From NCBI GenBank assembly GCA_965235115.1, contig OZ249444.1, forward strand, positions 18,848,001-18,912,000: DNA of 64,000 bases. Direction: 5' to 3'. This document shows positions 33,301 to 44,039 of this stretch, piece by piece. The stretch comes from Laetmonice hystrix. Its lineage: Eukaryota. Every line of letters begins with the position of its first letter. Within the stretch, counting starts at the first letter, position 1. The notes under the pieces were generated by a model. The model saw only the letters and a program-made list of their open reading frames with translations, had not been told where the DNA came from and did not search any database. The position numbers and the translations under genes were made by a program.

Positions 33301-36300
33301 GAGTCATACAAGATGTACTTCAAGCTTGCTTTGGTCTCACAAGAAAGCTTGGCTGGATCCTTTGCATTTAATCTTGCGTCAACGTGATAATCTCCGGTCT
33401 GCATAGTTGGCGTCAATCAAGATAATCTCTTCATTGTGATGCGATGCGGTGCAAAACTGTAATCTCTGGCATGTTCAGCTGCCGCCAACTACTTCAAAAG
33501 TGGGTCCAGATGAGAGAGACTTCGCCTTAGAAATGTTTTTGCCATGTGTTAAGTGTCTTATCCTCTTGTGTGGATTACGTCTGGCAGATTGCTTAAGGTG
33601 GCTGATTTGATAATCCACAACCAGGTGTAAGATTAAACACACCTGGTTTTCATGATAGATAACTCTCCAACTGATATAGCCTTTGATGCTGTAACACTGC
33701 AACCCTTCGGTCAATTATTAAACGTGGTGACTTTAATTAGCACGAGTCTCGTAAACCGGTTCTATCGAACTCAAAACTTCACAAGTGATTTCCAATCCCG
33801 TTTTTTTATGTGGCATACTCCACAATTTGGACCCGTTTTATTTCAGATCACCGTGTAGTGGAAACATTGACCCTGGAGGCATGGCTTATCCATACCCTGT
33901 CTGTCAATTCCTCCAGCAGGCAGCCACATGCTAAGTGCCACACTCCAGGCCTGGATGATGGAGCCGCCAAGTAAAATAAATCCTCCGGGCAAGGAATGTG
34001 CTCAATGTAGCTGTGAGTTGTATTTGGTGAGAAGGCGTCGGCAGAGTAAGTCTAGTCATTCACACGTACACCATCCACATACTACCATGTACCTGGCTCT
34101 TCTTGTTTTAATATTCAATTCTGCGGTTAAAAGCGCTGCCATGGGGACGGTCCCACGCTGCGGTTCTCGAGAAACCCCCTCTCCACGCAAGGTTCTTGTC
34201 TTCAGGCTTCAATGTCACCTACAATTACCCGTTTGAGAAATACGGGATCCAAGCTTTCCAGCCAGACTGCCGTAAACCCTTGCCGCGTGGAAGTGCCCTG
34301 GTCCTTAGCATAGAGGGTCACTTGAACTTTGCTGCTGACCAACAGGCTCCCAATAACGTTTTTACTGTAGTTCTGCGGACAGGATAATCAAGTTTAAGTA
34401 TGCCCTTCAGATGTCCACATTTGGATATTAGAGTTGCACTATTCTGCCAATCAAAGTGTCGACAAGAGGTCTGGGGCGCTGTGGCAGTACGCACAGTGTT
34501 GCAGACAAGTGCCCGTTTTAGGAGGTTAAAAGGTTAGAAGTGACTGTTCAGCCTGGATCAGCCTGTCGGTTAACCCCAGAAGGGTCCTCTTTTGGATGGG
34601 ATTATATTTGTATTCGGTGAGGCAGAAATCTCACACCCCTTTGCACAGCTACATATGATCCTCAACTCAGAGATTAGCGTTTCAATCCTGCTATATGCGC
34701 GGTCAGATAATCTGCAGTAGATTGACAGGACATTAGTGACCTCACTTAGGGATAACCTCTGTATCATCAGATAGAACCGTACATCCTGGGCCTCAATATT
34801 TGTGATCCCCTCAGATTTCCATTCAGGCAGCGTTATTTACGAAAAATACACTTGACATCGGCGCTGTTCCTGTTGATTCTAGGACATGACCAAGGACATG
34901 TCGGGGCAGTGATCTTGTAAACCCTAGGTTTTCTTTGGGGACTGGTCGAGGAACCGGAGGAGATCCTCTACGTGCCAGAGGCGGTGGTGATTTGTACGCT
35001 GTATCAGTATCTTTGGAATGTGGCGATTTGAGCAGCCGGATTTTCTGGTTTGTCGTTGTAACACTGCACGTTACAACACGTGTGGATCCTGTCACGCCCC
35101 TGCGCTATTGACACGTCCTTTTGGTGACAGGAGGACCTGTAATGGGAACAATGGCTTGTAATATGGCAGTGATTGATGAACTCTACAGATGACAATAGCA
35201 TGTATGTCGCTACCGATAGCGCCACACCCATCAGGTGGAATTAAAACTGGGTTTGAACAACTTATAAAAATGGTTGCCTGTCAAATTTTCATATTCTAGC
35301 TGCATTTCTGGACAATAGTACGTGGAACGAACGGCCTCAACGAGGCAAGTGTGAGGTTCACTAACAATGTCAAACCCATTTGTGACTAAACAGCACACTT
35401 GACATGCAAGAAAAACATCTAGTTTATATTAATCTAGTTTATATTAATTAATCACAAAAGCTAATAAAATTAATGAGTATTCTGGCTACTTTGCACCCTG
35501 GTGCTTCGTGGGGAGTTTGAAAAAAACCCAAGTATTTTGCTCTAGGATATCAACATACGCAGTAGACCTTAACCTGAAAAATATTTGTTCGCTATTTACG
35601 CAAATAAATTTTAATAAATGTTTGTTTACTTCCGTTGCTATGGGGGACACGGTCACCACTTCAATATTATTGGCGCGCCTCGCCAGATACTCATATAAAA
35701 TACTCATTATGTGATTCCGTCAGAACTCACTGTAACCTTACCTGTCTCACACTGCACTGTGCCTGGATGAATGTTCTACATAGGCAGCATCCATTAGATG
35801 TAATAGTCGTTTGTTAATCCACTTATCACATCCAATCCACTCAGGCTGAAGTCATCGCACACAAAAACGTCACCTTCAACGGGAAATCCATACAGAATCG
35901 GTTAAGGCCATTCACCTTCTTTCACCGACACTGTGTCTGTGGAAACTGTTTTTGTAATTTGATGAGACAGTGTCATTGAAGACAAACCGCCTCAATTTCC
36001 ATGAGCTCAGCAGCTGTGTCACACAAAACACTTTATATTTGATTAATCTTTCATGGTAGACAGAAAACCGTTTCTTTTCTTAGCACACAAAAACCTGACA
36101 TCGACCTAGTTTTCAAAGGTCGCCTCAAAGTTAAGTTGTATATTTCTGTCTCAGTAATCTGATGATAACTATATATATATATAGTGTCAGTGTATCTTTG
36201 TTCAAGGCAGCTGGTTATCAAACAAGGTCATGGGATCCCAAACACCTCAATCTGCCTATGTTACTCTCCTCCTTGAACTGATCACACTCAGTCTCTCGTC

Positions 36301-39300
36301 ATTGATATTTCTATCGATCCCAGACTCTCAAACCCCTCTGTGTCTGTCAGTGCTAGGGTGCCTTATCTATCTGATCGTTATCATACAAACATTAGCAACG
36401 TGGCTACTGAACGATCTCATCTTGATCTTCCTCTATGCTTCTGTTGCGAGTTTTTCTGGGTTCCGCTAATGTTCCTGTTTGGTTATCTTATCTAAGTACT
36501 TCATGCAGTAACGATATCAATGACACAGAACAACTGGTCACAACAGAAAATAAACTACTTCACGGCATGTACGTCCTATTTATGAGCATGTACACAGGTA
36601 TTCGATCTCTGTGTACATTTTGGGTACATTGAGTCGAGGCCAAATGAGGTGAGCGATATGAATGACATGGACGAGTGCCAGATCCACCACCACCACGCTC
36701 ACACCAAATTCCCAACAGTCTTCAACGGGTGTGGTCCAACCAAACTGAAGGGGGTTTCTGAGGAATTTCTACATTCAGCTCCAGTGCGTGTGTGTGCCCG
36801 CATGTGTCTGCATGTGTGCATTCACTCCTGATAGCGCGCCCTACCGCTGCAGGGCCTGGAAAACAGACTCACGTGCCCACGTGGTTGTTTGTTGTCGTTA
36901 GCCGGGCCAGTGCCCCAATCAAATGTCAGTGAAACATGGCTGGGGGCCCTCCAGGCTCACGGGACTGCCAGGGCCTTTAAATCCAATCCACCTAGTATTA
37001 AGTCAGTATATACATACACGAACGGCAGTTGGACCGGATGGATGCAGTCATGTTACAGCGGAGTACCGGTAAAACCTTCGGATGGCTGGGTTCGGTATGC
37101 CACCCAAAGTGCAAAAAGCCTTGGCACTTGATGCATTCTACTCCAATAAAATCAAACTATCCCTACACTGCACATCTGGCACGACTGCATTCACACTGCT
37201 TCAGTGATACCCATGATATTTCTTCCGAGCATTGCCGACAAAAGGTCTGTCTTACGTTGGTGTAATTGATACTGAGCCTATTCCATGACGGCCAAGAGTC
37301 GCGCGGAGTCCTTCATTGCCAGCTGGTAGACGTCTCATGCAGTTATCCTGTACCACTTATATATTAATACAGATCGTGATCTGTCTGGCCTGTCACGATC
37401 AACAGTTAGATTATCCACGTTTAGCGACTGCTCACTTGACCTGCATTCCCCTGCTCCCTAATCAGTCCTTTAGTGATAATCCACCCAGCTTAGGAAAATC
37501 TTTGTTTCAGCAATGCTTTGATCCCTTGGATATCGAAGTAATCCAGTGTGCAGACCTGTGGATTATTCCTCTTTACGTACAGAGAACTCCACGACAATTG
37601 GATATTTATGTTAATTGTACTCAACACCGACATCTGGGGCTCTCATCTGTTGCTTACTCGGTGAGCATTGCCTCGAAGGTTGTTGCTACCTGGGGTATGA
37701 GTCATACCACCCTGGGTTACAAGCTCACCTGTGTGCGATCTGGAATTATAACTACCGTTAATTTCTTTCTATTCACTCCAGATACTCAGTCTTAATCAAG
37801 TCTGTAAATCGTGGGCATACGGAAGCTCTGTGTAATGACGTTTAGAGTCTTCAAGAACTTGTTTTTCGTTTTGTAATCCTGGGAATCCTGGGAAAAGTAT
37901 CAGTTCAGCCCAGACTGGTGTCATCTAATCCTTGCATGTGATTCATCAGTCTTAGCTCACGTCCGTTACACCATCATGTTACTGTTGCATCACTCATGTC
38001 CCAACATTTCCGTTGGTAAAGCTCTAAGACTACAGTTTCTCCTCAAGTATATATAGCATGGAATCTAAGGAAACTGGGCTCCAGGCACCAGAGAGTGCAA
38101 CAAAGTCAATCCAATCTGAATGTATCATGCCTTTAAAACAAACTCAATTTTTCTGACGGCCACGGCTCCACTGACACTGAACCATACAAAAGTCTAGACT
38201 TCCAATCACGCTGTTTTTCAAGGCGGTTTCTTTTGAGAATATGTGAAGACGTGTGTCGTTCATATCACGGGTACTTGTCTATAGTGGGTGTTCTTTACGA
38301 GTACTTGTTTGACACCCAGCAGTGGAAGCATATGTTTTGAGTTATGTGTGACACTTTTCACTGTGATGATGCTGGTATAATGGCCTTTCCACTTTTCAAC
38401 ACCCTGACTTTTATGAATATGTCGGGAGTCCACCCCAGGCACAGAGTGCTGCCAACAAGAGGGCGTAGACACGGGTGACTGATGGGGTCCTCCACTCTAA
38501 TTGTGATCCAGTTAGCCTGTGTTGTGGCTGGCGACAGGAGGACCTTGCGACGTGACCAAGTGGGCACTTGACGATGTCCTGATACAGAAACATTCACACG
38601 CTGAGGTCCTCCAAACCGGAACGTGTCTGACACGTTTTAGGAATTTGTTTGTCCAGCCAGTAGTATACTCTCCTGCTCTGTGTCATGAAAACTAAGGAAA
38701 CGAGATCCACATGGCGCCTTGAGCAAGAAGTAATATTGCGATCTTATACAAAATCTCCATGAATGAAAGCCACACGACACTGGTGATTTGGATGGATGAA
38801 GGACCTTGGGCCATACACACGAGGATGAGATGTGCCGATGTGCTCCAAGCTCTTTAACGTTCTCCTTTCCAATAATGCTTGAAATTCCATTAAATGTCTG
38901 CTTAGCTATAGACAGTGTTTGGTAATATACTGTCAAAATCCACTCATACACTGATCCGTAGTCCAAGGACCATCCTCCTCTGCTCATGTAAACTGCATCA
39001 CGCCATCTGATAAGAGAGTTTCAGAGTGGCAAATCCCATTAATAATGTGTTCATAAGCCTATTACATAATTCCCCATGCTGTTCTAGCCTGGGTTGGTAG
39101 AACGTTATTCCCAGCAAGCTGAAGACAGCTAGTCACACCATCAGCAGGCTGCTGCCGCCAGTAGGCATTGTCTCCTGGGGCGGTCGTGTACGGCTCCGTC
39201 ACTGCATCCTGCGCCCATATCAATTACACGTAGACGTCATTGTCTGAGATTCACATATACCAGACACCAAACATCAGCCAGGAAAATATGCTGACAAATA

Positions 39301-40093
39301 CAGGTGACTAATAACTTGGTCAAGCGTCACTTATCGTGTGGTCTTAATCCGCCTGTTGAGTCTTGTTGATGAAGTGTAAGCTGTGAAATACCAACTCACA
39401 TTACAAGGTGGTCTTGTTTATGGGAAATGTTTCACATGGATCGCTAGATCTGGCAGAATAAGTCTCTTAGATCGTGACGCCCGATCGTGCTCATCTTCAC
39501 ACAATATGTCCTCAATCATTACATGAATCCTAGGGGTTAAGTCCTATATTTTCCGCCTTGAGCTTCAATGACCTCAACAAAAGCTTTGGTTGACTTTTAA
39601 TAAAGTCATCCTAGGGACCTGCTGGTAACAAAAGGTATCCGTTAGCATTGTCTATCTGTTCACGTTTATCAGGTATTCCGGAGAAATCAGGTATAATTCT
39701 GATGTCTTCAGCACTGAGATGCTCTTGATGGAGATACAGATGACGAGCCTAACTCTTGCGGCTTAGTGACAGCCAGCTGGTAGCACATGGCCTTGCTACC
39801 CGCTGTCGCCCAGAACAGGCTAAACCCATTGTCTCCCTTGTCAAGGCTGAGCACATCCAGGTCTGAATAAAATAATCCAGTGTAAGGTTGATAAGACAAA
39901 ACTGTCACGGCATACGTGTCCTTGGCTGGTCGTCTGATAGCCAGATGAGGCTGTTCAGGCTCAAGATAATGGTCGGTATTTACGTCCTGGACTTGTATTC
40001 CTGGGACACCCAAACAAACCCCAGCATGCAGGCCATGTTCGGTCGTGCACAGTGCATTTTCAATTTGCAGTGAAGCACGGTGGTGGTTCCACC

Positions 40094-40280
40094 CCCGCCC
40101 CCATTGGCTCCCATTAACCAATCAATGACGAGCATCAGCTGCTGCTGCTGCTGCTGCTGCTGTCGCTGGCTGTCGCCATCAGCATCAGATGCACTTGACA
40201 AAAACAGACCTGTGCAATCTCCAGTCTTTTTTCCATCTGGCGATGGAAAGATGTGAGAGTGACAGGATAGCCATGGCAAC
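40094..40280. promoter_or_regulatory. Promoter-like module: GC box, two CCAAT boxes, CRE half-site, RFX X-box-like site
   Basis: CCCGCCC at 40094-40100, ATTGG at 40103-40107, AACCAATCA around 40116-40124, TGACG at 40126-40130, ATAGCCATGGCAAC at 40267-40280. Confidence 0.5.
40138..40161. repeat. (GCT/CAG)8 microsatellite
   Basis: Eight perfect GCT units. Confidence 0.95.
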
Positions 40281-41416
40281 TGCCTGCCTCCCTCCTGTCA
40301 ACCATGCATAGATTAACTTATTTCTCAGAACTGTAATTGAGTATTTCCTGAAAAGGTTCCTTGATTAGACAGCTGTCGCCCAGGAGGTCAACAGGCTGTA
40401 CAGAATGTCACTACTTAGAATGAAAGCAAGGAACGTGTACTGATAACCAAGACCTTCCCATACACATTTACGCCATATAGTCATGAAAAGAAAAATCTGT
40501 AAATTCAAAGAAGTCCTATTTATATGTTCAATTGCCAAAGGTCTGTTGGAGACCTAATAAAATAACTTCTGGAATAGATTCCCAAAATTTGTCACAGTCG
40601 CCCTGAAAGAAGAGATTTATAGCACTCTCCTTAACCGACAAAGATTGCCTACCCCTTGCCATGTCCATTTTTTTGGGGGGGGGGGCGGATATTTGATGGA
40701 AAACAGAAACCAATGAGTGAGCAAAGATTGAAAAGAAAAATGAACTGCAAAGACCAATGACAACACAAATATATTAAACAAAAATGTTCACACGTGAAAG
40801 AAAACACCATTTTTCTATGAGAGACCAGCAGTTCTGGGTGGTCATTATATACAGTTAATTGAATGTTAATAGCATTTTCCTCCTATAGAGTTAGCTTTTA
40901 TAATGAAAGTACAATAATGAATAGTATAAGCCACCTTACATTATAACAAGGAAGCTTCAAACTTAGATGCAAACTGTTCCATACACCTTATCCTAGTGCA
41001 TGGGTTATAATGCATATTAGGCATTGGTTAATTATAATCATTTTTAAAAGGCTAAGGAAGTTTCCGCCTTCAGATCCTGACATTTTAATATACGAAGAAT
41101 AATATGGCAAGCGACTAAACTGCACAATTATGCTATGAAAACGCTTAAACTACTTGGTAAGCATGCAGATTATAAGCATTGCAGAATCCCTGCAAAGGCT
41201 CAGACATGTATACAGTGCTGCCAGCTGGTGAGAAATAACATCACCAGGACAGAATTCCAAAAAGTTGGGTTCATGCACTTTTCCCCATTTCACATTTATT
41301 ACGGTATTTAATTTGCAGGGACTTAAAGATTATAACAATCATTAAAAGCAGGTTCACAAGAGCTACTAAAATTATAGGCATAGGCTTATAATGGAATTCC
41401 AGGTGCACCCGTGACC

Positions 41417-41560
41417 TGGGCCCTTCACAAGCAAAGTTTCAAGCCCAAGTTCATTAATGAACTTGGCCAAGTTAATTCTTCTCATTGACTTGAATTGGGT
41501 TCATAAAGTGAAGTCAAGTCAATTCAGTAATTGACTTGGCCAAGCACAAGTCGAGAATGT
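41417..41560. mobile_element. Degenerate palindrome-rich repeat, possible MITE remnant
   Basis: Begins tgggcccttcacaag. Contains a perfect 22-bp palindrome ccaagttcattaatgaacttgg (41445-41466) and two cttggccaag palindromes. No matching second terminus found. Confidence 0.35.
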
Positions 41561-41879
41561 GTAAAAGCTGGAATAAAAAGCACGGCACCGGATATTTTGA
41601 CCAAATAAGTGTGCATCCCCCTAGCGGCAAAGCTACAAAACTAACGACATGACGGACAGCCGCCCAAATCTTCCACTCAACGGGAGATGAGACAATAAAT
41701 CACAAATTTAAGGACTTTTCTGTCGAGGTAGAGAGTAAGCCTAGCTAGACATAGGCTAGCGTAGCCGTCTAGGCCCAGACTCTAGCCTACAACGACGTTA
41801 CGTCTTTTAGTTGGTCTAATGATCTTTATCTCAAAATCTCCCCATGAATCCACGTTCCACATGAAATAGGCCTACTTAC

Positions 41880-41997
41880 GTGAAACAGGAAGGTGTAAAA
41901 CATTCTGTCAGCCAGGGATCCAAAGGGTGTTAAAGGGTGATACAATGTCAATGCCATCTTTGTTCTCCTCCCAGTCACATCCAGCCATGTCCCAGGC
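41880..41997 (-). other. Putative spliced exon (118 nt), 5'UTR or coding
   Basis: Strong acceptor ctttgtttgtgttgtag| and strong donor CAC|gtaagt; one open frame (PGTWLDV...FLFH). Confidence 0.55.
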
Positions 41998-42541
41998 CTA
42001 CAACACAAACAAAGAGGTCACTCAGCCACTGTAGAAATAATTAGGCCTAGCTCAAAAAGTCTTCCATTTTGTACCATTTATGGCACGAAAATCCCTTTTG
42101 TAAAAAGCCATAACTCAGGGTGGAGGGGGGGGGGCAAAGATATGTTTGTGCCCCCCCCCCCCCCCACACACACACACCTACTGTAAGACCCAGAATTTTC
42201 AATATCCGGGTTGATTACATTTAAATTCTGCTAGACATCAATTTCAACTTAGGACTAGATCTTTGCTTTGAGAAACTCACAATTTCTATCTCCTGATGCC
42301 GGGAAATAGCGTCACGGTTTTGGAGCCTTCTTGGGGGAGGATCTTCGGCGCCCCCCTTTCGTGCAGTGCTGGTTTCGCGCCCCCAGTTGTCGACATTGTG
42401 AGCCAGTTGCTGAAGTTTTAACTAACTAGGCCTACCTAAGCTGTTACTGTTAGACTAGAGTCTACGCCTAACTCCGAATTTCTCTAATTTCAGCCCTAAA
42501 ATAACTAAGTAGTTTTTGCAAGGAGACTGAATAGATCTCAC

Positions 42542-42561
42542 GTCTTCAGACTCAGTGCTTC
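42542..42561 (-). other. Putative 20-nt micro-exon
   Basis: tacctttcag|GAAGCACTGAGTCTGAAGAC|gtgaga, with a branch-like cttaat about 25 nt upstream. Confidence 0.35.
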
Positions 42562-42782
42562 CTGAAAGGTACTCAACGCCCAAGATTAAGAAGATCAACG
42601 ATTTTCGCGTTCATATAGGCCTAGGCCTAAATAATCACATGCACGTGACAATGCATTCTATGTGCGTTCCGGAAGTCACGTTCTGCCATTACGTAATACT
42701 TTGGACCTACAAAAGAGAACTTTGACCTCACAAGGCGTTCTACTGAATCGAACAAAATATATTACAGTCACCAAAATTTTAC

Positions 42783-42800
42783 CTGGAAGGATTCAGCCAT
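42783..42800 (-). other. Putative first exon end with ATG (MAESFQ) and phase-0 donor
   Basis: agtATGGct Kozak context and CAG|gtaaaa donor, in a CpG-rich region with ETS-type CCGGAAG motifs at 42669 and 42852. Confidence 0.35.
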
Positions 42801-43165
42801 ACTGAAACGCTCCGGCGACGTCGTTCTCGCTAGGAATAGTAAGAGTTTTCTCCGGAAGAGGGCAGTCCTAGATCCATAGGCTACTGTGGCAGCGTCGGTG
42901 TTCCGAGTGCCACACGGTCGAGATGCGGCAGCGCCTGCTGGCGGAAATTTTGATAACTATGGCAGGGGCATGGTCGAGTTCGTAACGCAGCTAAAATATT
43001 ATGATCATTTCAGACTTTGATAGGGGCCTACCTTATTCAATCTTCATAAATCTCCGGGTTTGTTAGACCTTACTTTACTGCTCGAAAGGGGTGGCTGGGT
43101 TCATTCTGTTCGTCGTTATATTGAAGTTGAAGTGCCGATGTGCATCGCAAGACGGTCCCAGCGAC

Positions 43166-43318
43166 CATTGATTAGCTCCATAATACCCGCTGGATGGCAC
43201 TGAATAGGGTGCTGCCATCTATCGTTTTAACTCTGAACTAATATCGAGTTCCAAGTCAAAAGGAGATGGCAGCACCCTTTTTCGTGCCATCTAGCGGGAA
43301 TTATGAAACTAATCGACG
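43166..43318. repeat. 153-bp palindromic element (55-bp arms, 46/55 identical, 43-bp spacer), MITE-like
   Basis: Left arm 43166-43220 aligns without gaps to the reverse complement of 43264-43318. Confidence 0.85.
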
Positions 43319-43486
43319 AACGAAATAATGCGTATCGCGTGTCAAGAGGGAGTTAAGGGTCAAATGTTGAAATGATGATTGGATGACCCGTCAAAGAAAT
43401 CGTGCCGAACGTGTGTTTTTGATGTAAAATCATTTCAGCTTTTAAGGTTTCATAAAGTGCTGCCACTAGGCGCTGGTGTAGATCTA

Positions 43487-44039
43487 TACCGCTTTGTGTT
43501 AGGTATGTGTTTACGTAACAATGGCATACTTAGACCTCTACATACTATAATATTAAAACAGTATTGTGTTCTTATCCCCCCCCCCCCCAGTCCCCCCCTT
43601 TTAGAGGCAGAACACAACTAGAAGTCAGAATCGACTCGCACTCAGCGAACGCCATCTAGCGGAAAACTTCGGAACCAATTGACTGTGTTTCAAATACATC
43701 GTTTGTAGGCCTACAACATAATACCGTACCATTTGAAGACTCAGTTATAATCTTTAATTTTGTTTTTAAGATCAATTCAAACTTTTATTATATTTTATCT
43801 TCTTGACATGAGATTTTTACGTTTCTATTTGTCGTTATGAATAAGAAGTGCCGAGGCGAAGCACTAGTAGGCCTATAGCATAGTAGTTGGCAACTCTACC
43901 GCTTTGTGTGTTTTACGTCACAATATTATACTTCCATATTTTTATAACAATGTGTTCTTACCCCCCCCCCCCCCCTAGTCTCCTAATTTAGTCACAAAGT
44001 CTTCCCCGTTTAGAGGCAAAACACGACTAGAAGTCAGAA
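43487..44039. repeat. Diverged ~145-bp direct repeat pair (43487-43630 and 43897-44039)
   Basis: Both copies read taccgctttgtgt...ttacgt...tgtgttctta-polyC-agtc...tttagaggca...acac.actagaagtcagaa. Confidence 0.85.

Noticed and set aside
34823-35095. Pro/Arg-rich minus-strand ORF (KSPPPLARRGSPPVPRPVPK) as an upstream exon of the giant gene
   Set aside because: Composition is suggestive, but there is no convincing acceptor/donor pair and it ends in a stop.
36649-36831. Plus-strand ORF with HHHH as a first coding exon
   Set aside because: Short, no homology recognised, and no supporting downstream exons.
39980-40279. ORF with polyQ and polyG as a protein-coding exon
   Set aside because: The polyQ derives from a microsatellite and the polyG from a GC box inside a promoter-like motif cluster; the ORF starts at a non-ATG codon.
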